From NCBI GenBank assembly GCA_000388065.2, contig KB932210.1: 15,440 bases of DNA; one strand, written 5' to 3'. The translations under genes were made by a program, and so were the position numbers. The notes beneath the pieces were generated by a model. The model saw only the letters and a program-made list of their open reading frames with translations. It ran no database searches and was not told the origin of the DNA. The first letter of the stretch is position 1. Each line of letters starts with the position of its first letter. The stretch comes from Fonticula alba ATCC 38817 (taxonomy: Eukaryota; Protista; Nucleariida). Shown here in pieces: positions 1 through 9,369 of the stretch.

Positions 1-29
1 GTCTGTATCCCCCGCCCCCCGCCCCGCAG

Positions 30-920
30 CCTCGGCCTTCACCCAGCAAACCCTTCGCGCCTGGCAGCCGATCCTCACCCCGAAGACCGTCCTGCCGGCC
101 TTCTTCCTGATCGGCATCATCTTCATCCCGATCGGCATCGCCCTCCTGTCGGCCTCCAACTCCGTGCGCCCTCCTCCTTTGGCTGGCCTGCCCCGCCTCC
201 TCCCCCGGGCTGCTGACCCCCCCCTTTGACCCCGCCGCCGCCCCTCCCTGCGGCTTTCCTCTCTCTCTCCCCCCCCCCCCAGGTGTATGAGAATATCATC
301 GACTACACCAACTGCGACCAGCGCGGTCCCAACTACGAGAACAGTGGCTCCTACCCGGACATGAAGTATGATGTTGCGAACAACAAGTGCTCGGTCCTGT
401 TCGAGGTCGAGAAGGATCTCACCGGGCCGGTTTACCTGTACTACCGCCTCAGCAAGTGCGTGCCATGCCCCGCATGGGCTGCCCTGTCCCCCCCCCTCCC
501 CCCTCCCCCCTCCTCGTCTCTTTCGTGCAAACTTCCCGCCTCCTCCTCCCTCTCACACACAGGCGCATGGGTCTTCCCCCCCCCGCCTCCCCTCTCGCTC
601 CTCCTCGCCTCCCTGCCCCCTTCGCTCCTCTTCAGCTTCTACCAGAACCACCGGCGCTACGTCAAGTCCTTCGACACGCGCCAGCTCCTCGGCAAGGCCA
701 TCGATGCCAACTCCCTGGTGTCTGACTGCGACCCCCTGCGCACCGGCGTCCGGGACTCCGACCAGGCCGTCCTGCCGATCTACCCCTGCGGCCTGATCGC
801 CAACTCCTTCTTCAATGGTCCGTCCTGGGGGCTTCTCTCCCCTCACATGGCCCTCCCCCTCCTGCCCCCTCTGTGCCTCCCTGTGCCCCTTACCGTGCTC
901 CCCACCCCGCATCCATGCGC

Positions 921-962
<42 letters not shown>

Positions 963-1595
963 TCTCTCTCTGCCTCTCCTGTAGACACCTTCTCTTCCCT
1001 TAGCTCCACCAGCCCGACCGCCCCCCTGACGTACCCCTGGTCCGACAAGGGCATCGCCTGGCCTTCGGATTTGAACAAGTTCCGCCCCACCGAGTATGGC
1101 CCCAATGACGTCCTCCCTCCCCCGAACTGGTCCAAGTATGCCGGGTGCGTTGCTCCCCTCCTGCCGGTATCCCCGCGCGCGCCTCCCTCTCTGACAGTCA
1201 TTCGCCCGGCCTCTTCACGCACACGCACACCCGCCCACAGCGGCTACACCCAAATCCCCGCCCTCTGGGAGGACGAGCGCTTCCTCGTGTGGATGCGCAC
1301 CGCCGGCCTGCCCACCTTCCGCAAGCTCTGGGGCCGCTCCGATGACGACCTGCCGGCCGGTGTCTACGAGATGGTCATCGAGGACTTCTACCCGGTCCGG
1401 TCCTTCAACGGCACCAAGTCCGTCGTCATCAGCACCACCTCCTGGATCGGCGGCCGCAACCCCTTCCTCGGCATCGCCTACCTGGCCGTCGGGTCCATCT
1501 GCATCCTGGTCGGCATCATCTTCCTCATCCGCCATGTCATCCGCCCCCGGGCGCTCGGCGACACCGCGCACCTTTCCTGGAACAAGAACAAGTGA
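30..1595 (+). CDS. CDC50: CDC50/LEM3/TMEM30 family P4-ATPase (phospholipid flippase) beta subunit; 5' end lies upstream of the window
   Basis: Exons 30-163, 283-455, 636-817, 985-1144 and 1241-1595 are joined by GT-AG introns with matching phases, giving 333 visible aa. Family motifs: [39 protein letters not shown] (TM1), [109 protein letters not shown] (TM2) and [13 protein letters not shown]. Stop TGA at 1593-1595. Bases 1-29 are an intron tail ending in CAG. Confidence 0.97.
164..282 (+). other. CDC50 intron (119 nt, phase 0)
   Basis: GTGCGC donor, CTGAC at 213-217, C-rich tract, CAG acceptor. Splicing restores ..SNS|VYENIIDY. Confidence 0.9.
456..635 (+). other. CDC50 intron (180 nt, phase 2, in frame and stop-free)
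   Basis: GTGCGT donor and TTCAG acceptor. Splicing restores the conserved [14 protein letters not shown]. Confidence 0.93.
818..984 (+). other. CDC50 intron (167 nt, phase 1)
   Basis: GTCCGT donor, CTAAC at 920-924, (AC)19, TAG acceptor. Splicing restores ANSFFN-DTF. Confidence 0.93.
923..960. repeat. (AC)19 microsatellite between branch point and 3' splice site
   Basis: Read directly from the sequence. Confidence 0.97.
1145..1240 (+). other. CDC50 intron (96 nt, phase 2, in frame and stop-free)
   Basis: GTGCGT donor, CTGAC at 1191-1195, CACAG acceptor. Splicing gives [14 protein letters not shown]. Confidence 0.85.
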
Positions 1596-1690
1596 TCGCC
1601 CATGTGCGGCCCCCCCCCCCCTGGCATGCGCATCCACCCCTTCGTCTTTGCGCCCGGCGCACCCCCTCCCTCGGCCCAGCGCCTCGCGCC

Positions 1691-1694
1691 CTCT

Positions 1695-1743
<49 letters not shown>

Positions 1744-1950
1744 CCCGAGAGGTGCCCTGTCTTCCTGTCCCCCCCCCCCTTCTTCCCGCCTGTCATCCTC
1801 TCTTGTACATTGATAAAAAATTCAAACTCCCACGCACCCCTGTGTTCCTCTTCTCTTCTCCCTTTCCCCTCCCCAGCCACGCTTTGTGGGGTTGCCTCCC
1901 CTTCCTCCTCCTCCTTCTCCTCCTCCTCTTCTTCTTCTTCTTCTTCTTCG
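1691..1950. repeat. Pyrimidine-rich simple repeats in the CDC50 3' region: (CT)n about 1705-1740, (CTC)n/(CTT)n about 1900-1948
   Basis: Read directly from the sequence. Confidence 0.9.
1804..1822 (+). promoter_or_regulatory. Candidate 3'-end processing signal of CDC50 (TGTA followed by GATAAAAAATT)
   Basis: This is the only A-rich island downstream of the stop. It has a UGUA element followed by an AAUAAA-like hexamer. No transcript evidence. Confidence 0.35.
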
Positions 1951-2053
1951 CCGCGCACACCCGGGTGGAGCGGGGGGCACCCTCGGGCACGGAGAGGGCC
2001 CGCCATGTGCAAAGCCCCGGGACAAAAGCCGACTTAATCGAGCTTCCACCGCC

Positions 2054-2071
2054 CTTCTGGTATACCAGAAG
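2054..2071. repeat. Perfect 18-bp palindrome CTTCTGGTATACCAGAAG
   Basis: The sequence is identical to its own reverse complement. Confidence 0.95.
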
Positions 2072-2598
2072 ACATCACGCGATCGACCCCCGGTCCCGGC
2101 CCTCACCCACAAGCGACCGTGTCAGTTCCGCTTGCCCATGCACCTGGGGCCGATCGGCGTGGGAGGATGGCGGGGGCCAGGTTGATGGTCCCCCCCCCCC
2201 GCCCGCCCCCTGGCCCGCCGGCCTGCCTGCACCCGCTCTGCCTTTTGCCCGCTCGCGGGAGTGCAACTCTTAACCTGTGCGCCCGCTGGGGAGGGCCCGT
2301 CAGATGGCCTGCGCCCCCTGCATCAGGGCAGATGGCAGCGGCGTGGGAGCGCGCAGACGGCGTCCGGCCTCCGCGGCGCACCTCCCTCGGGACCGGGCCC
2401 GATGAGCCGGCCCCACTGGCAGGGGCTGCTGCGCCGGCCCCGCATGGGCAGTGGGCGAAAAGGGGCCCCGGCGCCCGAGGGGACCGCCGTGCGGCCAAAG
2501 GTGCAACCGCTCCCTCCCCTGTCCCTGTCCGCCCAGATTGCTTGGATTGCTGCCTCCTTCTCTTCCCCACGCGTGCCTCTCGTCCCCCTCCGCCCCTT

Positions 2599-2601
<3 letters not shown>

Positions 2602-2640
<39 letters not shown>
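2602..2640. repeat. (CT)n microsatellite about 100 nt upstream of the gene 2 ATG
   Basis: Read directly from the sequence. Confidence 0.95.
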
Positions 2641-2642
<2 letters not shown>

Positions 2643-2744
2643 GCCAAACCCGGGTCTGTGGAATTCGGCCGCGCGTCTGCCGCCGCCGCCGCCGCCGTCG
2701 CTCGCCGCCCCCTCCACACCCCGGCCCCCTCCACCTGACGGAAT

Positions 2745-5700
2745 ATGGTTTCAGCGGATCCCTTCCCCGCCGGGCAGACGGGGCTCTACTGCATCGGGGT
2801 CCCCTTCCGGGGCGAGTGCTCCGAGCTCGGCCATCCGGACGCCCTCGGCGCGCTGGGCCCGACTGCCGACGGGGCCTCCGCAGGCCCGGGCACCAGCCCC
2901 CCGCCCTCCCGGCCGCCGGCAGGGCCCCTCTCCCAGCCGCTGGACGGGCCGAATGAGGACTCGGTCACCAGCCTCGGCTGGCAGCTGCCGGCCACCGGCG
3001 GCGCGGCCCCAGGCATGTGGTCGCCGCCTCGCGTGGCGCCCCTCCCCGCCCGCCTCCCATGCCGGTCGCCACGTTCCCCCTGCTAACACCTGCAGTCATC
3101 GTGTCTCCCCCCCCCCCCGCCCTCCGCCGCTTTCGCCACCGTCGCAGGCGCATGTGCCTTCGGCTCGGTGCACGGCGTGGTGGCCTATGGTGCCGGGCCG
3201 GATGTCATCCTGCACCCGCTGCTGGGCTCGGTGTGTGCCCTGCACCAGGGGTACTACACGCGAGCGGTGTGCCGCCACGCCGGGGACGTCCGCCGGCTGG
3301 ATGTCCTGGAGGTCGGCCCGCATGACGCCCTCCTGGGGGGCTCGCTCATTGCCGTGGCCTCGGTCGACAGCCTGGGCCAGGCCGCGGTGACCCTGTGCCG
3401 GCGCCGGCGCTTCGACCCGGTCGACTCGGCCTGCCTGATGTTCACCACCCGGCCGGAGGAGGACCCCGGGCCCGGGGCCGGGCCCGACCCGGCCGGCCTG
3501 CGCGTCGAGCCCCACAGCAGCCGGCTGCTGAAGGTGGGGTCGCGCCGCCGGGGGGCCTCCTCGGCCGGGTCCTCGGCCGAGGCCCTGAGCCGGGCCCCCT
3601 CGGGCGACGTGCTGGCCCCTGTGGCCGGCTCCGCCCTCGACGAGACGCCCTTCTTCTCGCCGCTCAATCAGCCCGCGCCTGGGGGTACGCACGGGGGGCG
3701 GCTGTGCCCGGCCGGCCGGGGGGGGNNNNNNNNNNNNNNNNNNNNNNNNNNNNNNNNNNNNNNNNNNNNNNNNNNNNNNNNNNNNNNNNNNNNNNNNNNN
3801 NNNNNNNNNNNNNNNNNNNNNNNNNNNNNNNNNNNNNNNNNNNNNNNNNNNNNNNNNNNNNNNNNNNNNNNNNNNNNNNNNNNNNNNNNNNNNNNNNNNN
3901 NNNNNNNNNNNNNNNNNNNNNNNNNNNNNNNNNNNNNNNNNNNNNNNNNNNNNNNNNNNNNNNNNNNNNNNNNNNNNNNNNNNNNNNNNNNNNNNNNNNN
4001 NNNNNNNNNNNNNNNNNNNNNNNNNNNNNNNNNNNNNNNNNNNNNNNNNNNNNNNNNNNNNNNNNNNNNNNNNNNNNNNNNNNNNNNNNNNNNNNNNNNN
4101 NNNNNNNNNNNNNNNNNNNNNNNNNNNNNNNNNNNNNNNNNNNNNNNNNNNNNNNNNNNNNNNNNNNNNNNNNNNNNNNNNNNNNNNNNNNNNNNNNNNN
4201 NNNNNNNNNNNNNNNNNNNNNNNNNNNNNNNNNNNNNNNNNNNNNNNNNNNNNNNNNNNNNNNNNNNNNNNNNNNNNNNNNNNNNNNNNNNNNNNNNNNN
4301 NNNNNNNNNNNNNNNNNNNNNNNNNNNNNNNNNNNNNNNNNNNNNNNNNNNNNNNNNNNNNNNNNNNNNNNNNNNNNNNNNNNNNNNNNNNNNNNNNNNN
4401 NNNNNNNNNNNNNNNNNNNNNNNNNNNNNNNNNNNNNNNNNNNNNNNNNCCATCCCCCGGGTGGCCCGGCTCGCCGGGAACACCAGCTCAGCCAGTGTGG
4501 CCGACTTCGGCACCGGACCCCCGTCGACCTCCGCGTCCTCGGCGCTGGTGACTGCCGTGCCCCATGGCGGCCTGGCTCCCGAAGCGAGTCCGCCCGCCGG
4601 CGGGCCTGCCACCAGCAGGGCCGACAGCCCCGGCGCCAGTGGCGGCAGCCCTGTCCCTCCGGCCGCCGCCGCCGCCGCCGCCACCGTCCCATCCACCACG
4701 GCGCCCACGGCCGCCTCCGCCGCCAGCCCCAGCGCCCTGCCCGGGGCCGCGGCCGGACGCAAGCCCGACGCCCCGGGGCCGGCGGCCAGCCCCAGCCCCG
4801 ACGCCCCGGCCTCGCCCTCGGTCCTGCGAAGCCCGGCCACCCCCCCGCCGGGCGAGCAGCCGGCCCCGGCCCCGGCCCCCGACGACACGGACCCCGTGGT
4901 GGATGTCCGCTGGTTCCAGGGCGGCTGGTTCTTCCGGCCGCAGCGCGACCCGGCCATGCCCCTGCCCCAGGCCGGGCTCCTGTGCGAGGTGCTGGCCGAC
5001 CGGCTCGACGGCTCGGCCGGCTGCCCGCCGCCGGGGCTGCGCGATCGCGTGCTGGCCGGCATGCTCCCGCCGGAGGGGACCGTGATGCTGGTGCTGGTGC
5101 TGCTCTTCCGAAGCGGGCGCCTGCGCAAGCTCCTGGTCCCGGTGCTGCCGGCGGTGTGGGCCCCGGGGGGGCCCGGCAGCCAGGCGAAGGCCCCGGGCCT
5201 GGTGGCCGGGCCCGGACTGCCGGCCCCATCGGGTCCGGTCCCGCCCGGCGGCCCGGCCCTGTCGCTGGACAACGCCGGCCCCGGCAAGGCGCGCACCCTC
5301 TGGCCCGAGGGGACGCTCCTGGTGGTGGAGATGTCCAGCATCAAGTGGCTGGACGAGGCCCCCGAAGATTGGGCCCCCTACCAGCAGCGCATCGAGAGTC
5401 TCCTGCGCGAGGGCCCCCCCGGGCCGGGGCCGGGGCCGGGGCCGGGGTTGCCGGCGGCCGATGCGCCGGGCCCGGGCCGGCCGCGCTTCGCCTCGGTCGA
5501 CACGCTGGCCGCGGCCGGCATGGGGGCCGGGCCGGACCCGGGGCCCGGCATGGCCGGCGCCTCGCCGCCCTTCGCCGGGCGCGGGCTCCCGGCCCGGCCT
5601 GGCAGCGAGCCGGTGTCCGAGACCCCGTCGCCGGTTCTGGCCGCCGGGTCGGCGCCCGGGGCCCCGGCGGCCGGTCGCCCCGGCCCGGCCCCCGGCGGCA

Positions 5701-8700
5701 GCCCCACCCTCCTGCGGTCGCTCAGCGAGCTGACCGCCGGGCTCGGGGCCGGGCTCGGGCTCGGGTACGACATGGCCGGGCTCGGGGCCTCCCTGGCCCA
5801 GGGGTTCCGCCCGGCCACGCCGCCCCCGGCCACGCCGGCCCCGGGCCCGGGCCGGCCCCCCGGCGACGGGCCCCCGCCGGCGGACGGCCTGCTGCCATTG
5901 CGCGTCGAGCGCCAGCTCAAGCGCCGCCGCGTGCAGATCGTCTGGAAGCACTCGGACACGTCGGCCGGGCGTCCGGCCGACCCGGCCGCCGGGGCCGCCC
6001 TCAGCGGGCTGATGTTCCGGTCGTCCCCGCCGGCGGCTCCCCACGGCCCCGGGCCCCGGAGCCGATCGGCCTCGGTGCTGCACTCGGCCGAGGAGCCCCC
6101 CCCGCGCGGCCTGCCGGCCCTCCACACCCCGCGTGCCCTCATCGCCGCCGGGCTGGTCAGCACCGGCACCGGGCCCCGGCAGACCGGCGTCTCGGTGCCG
6201 GTGCTGTCCAACGGCCGGAGCATCAGCCTTCTGTCCCCGAACGAGGGGAAGGTGTGTCTTGCGCTTGTTCCCCGCGCCCGCGCCACAAGGCCGCCGGGCC
6301 TGCTCGCCGCTCGCCCGAGGCCGCCTACTGACCGCACGTCTGCGCGCCCGCTGGCCTTGTCCCTTTGTGTGTCTTCTTGTCCCTCTGTGTGTCTTCTTGT
6401 TCTTCGTTGTTCCTTTGTGTGTCTTCTTGTCCCTCTTTGTTCCTCTGTGTGTCTTCTTGTCCCTCTGTGTGTCTTCTTGTTCTTCTTTGTTCCTCTGTGT
6501 GTCTTCTTGTCCCTCTTTTGTCCCTCTTTGTCCCTCTTTGTCCCTCTTTGTCCCTCTTTGTCCCTCTTTGTCACTCTTTGTCCCTCCTNNNNNNNNNNNN
6601 NNNNNNNNNNNNNNNNNNNNNNNNNNNNNNNNNNNNNNNNNNNNNNNNNNNNNNNNNNNNNNNNNNNNNNNNNNNNNNNNNNNNNNNNNNNNNNNNNNNN
6701 NNNNNNNNNNNNNNNNNNNNNNNNNNNNNNNNNNNNNNNNNNNNNNNNNNNNNNNNNNNNNNNNNNNNNNNNNNNNNNNNNNNNNNNNNNCCCGCCTCCC
6801 CTCCCGCCCCCGAGCACAGCTGCTCTTTTCCCAGGAGATGCCCTGGAGCATGGCCCTCGTGTGTGCCCTGCCGAACCTCGGCGAGTGGGTGCGTGCCACA
6901 TGCCCGGACGCCCTGGCACCTGGCCCCGAGCACGAACACCCCCCCGAAGCCGACCCGACTGGCGGCCGCTCGCGCTCCAGCAGTGCCTCCTCCCTGGGGC
7001 TGGCACGGGCCCCGGGCCCGCGCGAAGCCCCGCACGCCCTGCGCACCCGGTCTTCGACCCTGCCCTCGGAGGGCCCATGGGCCCCGGGGGCCGCCACAGG
7101 CGATCCCCCGGCCCCGAGCTCCTCTCCGCCCACCGCCGGCCCGCCCCATGCCCCGGCCATCCCCCTGCTGCTGGTGGTCAATGAGAATGCCGAGGTGTTT
7201 GTGCTCGGCGGCGCCACCGGCCCGGCGCCGGACACCGCGGACCCGGGCCCCATGCCGGAGCCCGGCAGCGCGGCCTCGCCCCCGGGCCGCACCCGCCCGG
7301 GCCGCTCGCGCCCCCTCCTCCTCCGGACGCTGGCCTCCCTGCGCCTGGCCGGTGCGTGCGCCACAGCGCCCCCCGGCCCCCCCCCGGCCACTTCCCCCAC
7401 ACGTGCACGGCCATCCGTTGCCCTGACCGCCCCGCCTCCTCTGCCCACGCCGTCGTGACGCCCAGACAAAAACGACCCCCTGGCCGTGGTCCACTCGGCC
7501 ACCGCCAGCTGGATTGCCTCGCCCATCGACGACGCCACGCCCCGGCTGCTGGTCACCGTCATCCTGTGCAATGGGCTCTGGTGCGCCCGGACCCCGGCAC
7601 CGCCCCCGGCGTTGCTTGCTGCCACTGACCCCCCGCCCTTTCGCCCCCAACCCCTGCATCTCTCCCACACACACACACACAGCAAGGTCCTCGTCCTGGC
7701 CAGCGACAAGGACTACGCCCTGTACCGGTCGATCTGGGTCCCCTCCACGCCGGAGGGCAGCCCCCCGACGGAGCCGCTGGCCGGGCCGCCGGCCGGGCGC
7801 CGCGTCCACCGGTCCTCCTCCGAGTCGTCGGCCCTGTCGCTGATCCCGACCGCCGGGCCGGAAGGCCTCGCGGCCGGCAGCCCGCCGGCCGGGCCCCACC
7901 CGGCCACCCCCGGCATGCGCCTCACCCAGACCGAGCCGCCGGAGGGCAGCCCGCTGGAGCTGAGCCTCGACTCGTGCGTCGGCCCGGCCGGCGAGGAGGC
8001 CCTCGGCACGGGGCCGGCCGCCCCGGGCCCCGGGCCGCCGGCCATCCTGACCACCACCACCCCGCCCGGGCACCCGGCCCCCGGGCCCGGGCCCCGGCCC
8101 CTCCCGGCCACCACGCCCTTCACACAGACCCAGGCCCGGCCCGCCTCGCCGGCCCGGCAGCGGGCCATCAGCTTCGCCCGGGCCATCGGCCTGTCGGCCA
8201 TCATGCCGCTGGAGCCGGCCGAGCCGCCGGCCCCCGGCCCGGGCCCCGGCCGCCCGCGCCCCGTCACGCGCAGTGCCACCTTCCCGGCCCCGGAAATGGC
8301 CCCCGAGCAGCAGCCCCCCACGGCCGGGGCCACCTCGGCCGAGGGGTCCCCCACGGAGGCCGGCCCGGCTGGCACGGCCCCCGGGCCCGAGGACCCGGCC
8401 CCGGCGCCCGGCCCCGCCAAGAAGCCCTTCGCCGGGCTGGCCGTGTGGGCCGGCGGGGTGCTGGCCCGAGCCGGCATGCCCGGCACCGCGGTGGCCATGG
8501 TCGAAGCCGCCGGCGCCACCGCCCTGGAGCTCGACCAGCACCTCGGCCGGGACCCGGGCGCCACGGCCGGGCCCAAGCCCGACGGCCCGGGCCCCACCGG
8601 CCCCGGCAGCCCCCCCGCCGGGGCCCGGTCCCCCGGGCACCCGGCCACCGGGGCCCCCGCCGCCAGCCCGGCCCCCGACTCGCCCGGGCCCCCGGTGGCC

Positions 8701-8952
8701 GTGCACCAGCGCCTCCATGACATCGCCGCCTCGGTGGCCCGGGCCGCCGACATGCTGGACGCCCTGCGCCGCGAGCAGCAGGCCCTCACCACGCACATGG
8801 CGGCGGCCGCCCGCCGGGACACCGCCGCCACCCAGCTCACCGCCCTGCTGGACCGGGTCATCTTCGGTCTGATCCTGGCGCTGGCCGTCCTGTCGACCGT
8901 GCACTTCCGCCTCGCGGCCAGCCCGGGGGAAGTCATCCCCCTGGTCGGCTGA
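2745..8952 (+). CDS. Large uncharacterised protein with WD40/beta-propeller-like strands, Pro/Gly/Ala-rich linkers, and a C-terminal coiled coil plus single TM helix (probably tail-anchored)
   Basis: Predicted exons: 2745-3012, 3148-3684, (gap), from 4451 or earlier to 6251, 6820-7351, 7466-7580 and 7683-8952 (TGA 8950-8952). All visible junction phases match, and this frame has strong GC3 codon bias. Blade-like segments include DSVTSLGWQ, GVVAYGAGPDVIL, LIAVASVDSLGQAAVTL, PVVDVRWF, LVLVLLFRSGRLRKL, LLVVNENAEVFVL and LLVTVILCNGLCKVL. Continuity across the 725-N gap is unproven, and I do not recognise a specific family. Confidence 0.7.
3013..3147 (+). other. Probable GC-AG intron (135 nt, phase 1)
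   Basis: CAG|GCATGT donor, CTAAC at 3083-3087, CGCAG acceptor. An in-frame TAA at 3084-3086 must be spliced out, and no phase-compatible GT donor carries the +5 G. Confidence 0.65.
3726..4450. other. Assembly gap (725 N). An intron probably starts just before it, at 3685 (G|GTACGC)
   Basis: N run preceded by a G run and a consensus donor. Confidence 0.95.
6252..6819 (+). other. Gene 2 intron containing a T/C/G satellite and an assembly gap (6589-6790)
   Basis: AAG|GTGTGT donor, CTGAC at 6328-6332, CACAG acceptor. Splicing gives LLSPNEGK|LLFSQEMPW. A second in-frame CAG acceptor exists at 6834. Confidence 0.75.
6358..6587. repeat. Intronic tandem satellite with units TGTCCCTCTT (10 nt) and GTGTGTCTTCTTGTCCCTCT (20 nt)
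   Basis: Read directly; the repeat runs into the gap. Confidence 0.93.
7352..7465 (+). other. Gene 2 intron (114 nt, phase 1)
   Basis: GTGCGT donor, CTGAC at 7423-7427, CCCAG acceptor. It contains an in-frame TGA. Splicing gives LRLA-D-KNDPLAVV. Confidence 0.85.
7581..7682 (+). other. Gene 2 intron (102 nt, phase 2, in frame and stop-free)
   Basis: GTGCGC donor, CTGAC at 7625-7629, CA repeat, CAG acceptor. Splicing gives CNGL-C-KVLVLASD. Confidence 0.8.
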
Positions 8953-9079
8953 GCACGCCGGGCGCCCTGGTCCCGCCTCTGGCCCGGCCACATGCCGAGG
9001 CATATGTCCCGGTCCCCTGGCCCCTGCATCCTTGGCTGCCCCGCCGCGGGAAATGCATCACCACCCTGCACGCGCACGC

Positions 9080-9265
9080 TAGAAGAGGGGGGAGGAGGGG
9101 GGAGGGGAGGGAGAGGGAGAAGGAGGGAGAAGGAGGGAGAAGGAGGGAGGGGGAGAGGGAGGGGGAGAGGGAGGGGGAGAAGGAGAGGGAGGGAGAGGGA
9201 GGAAGAGAAAGAAGGGAAGAAGGGAAGAAGGAGAGAAAAGCGGAGGGGAAGAGAGAAAGAAGAGG
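9080..9265. repeat. Polypurine (GGGA/GAA) and polypyrimidine tract between two convergent genes
   Basis: About 180 nt of almost only G and A on the + strand. Confidence 0.93.
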
Positions 9266-9369
9266 CTGGATCGTGCAAGGTGTCCATTTCAGGCGAGGTC
9301 CGTCTCGAGCGCCTGCCGAACACCGAGGAAAACATCAGAGCAGCAAAGGGGACGGGAGGGGCGCCGCGC

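Noticed and set aside
2054-2071. Palindrome read as a heat-shock element (TTC...GAA)
   Set aside because: The TTC and GAA are not in the contiguous 5-bp nGAAn register required for an HSE.
1596-2330. ORFs in the CDC50-gene 2 intergenic region (for example 1602-2273 and 1215-2012 minus)
   Set aside because: They are translations of CT/CTT microsatellites (poly-LS, poly-E/R) with no domain-like content. No snRNA, tRNA or SRP RNA signature was recognised either.
5421-5447. (GGGGCC)n run identical to the C9orf72 hexamer
   Set aside because: Fewer than four units, simply encoding a Gly-Pro linker like many others in this protein.
8857-8952. KASH-domain interpretation of the gene 2 C-terminus
   Set aside because: The post-TM tail lacks the terminal PPPX motif.
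4488-9003. Very long antisense ORFs (4488-7709, 6571-9003, 7713-9464 on the minus strand) and alternative-frame plus ORFs
   Set aside because: These are shadows of a GC3-biased sense gene in very GC-rich DNA where stops are rare. The translations are Arg/Gly/Pro noise and run through microsatellites and N gaps.
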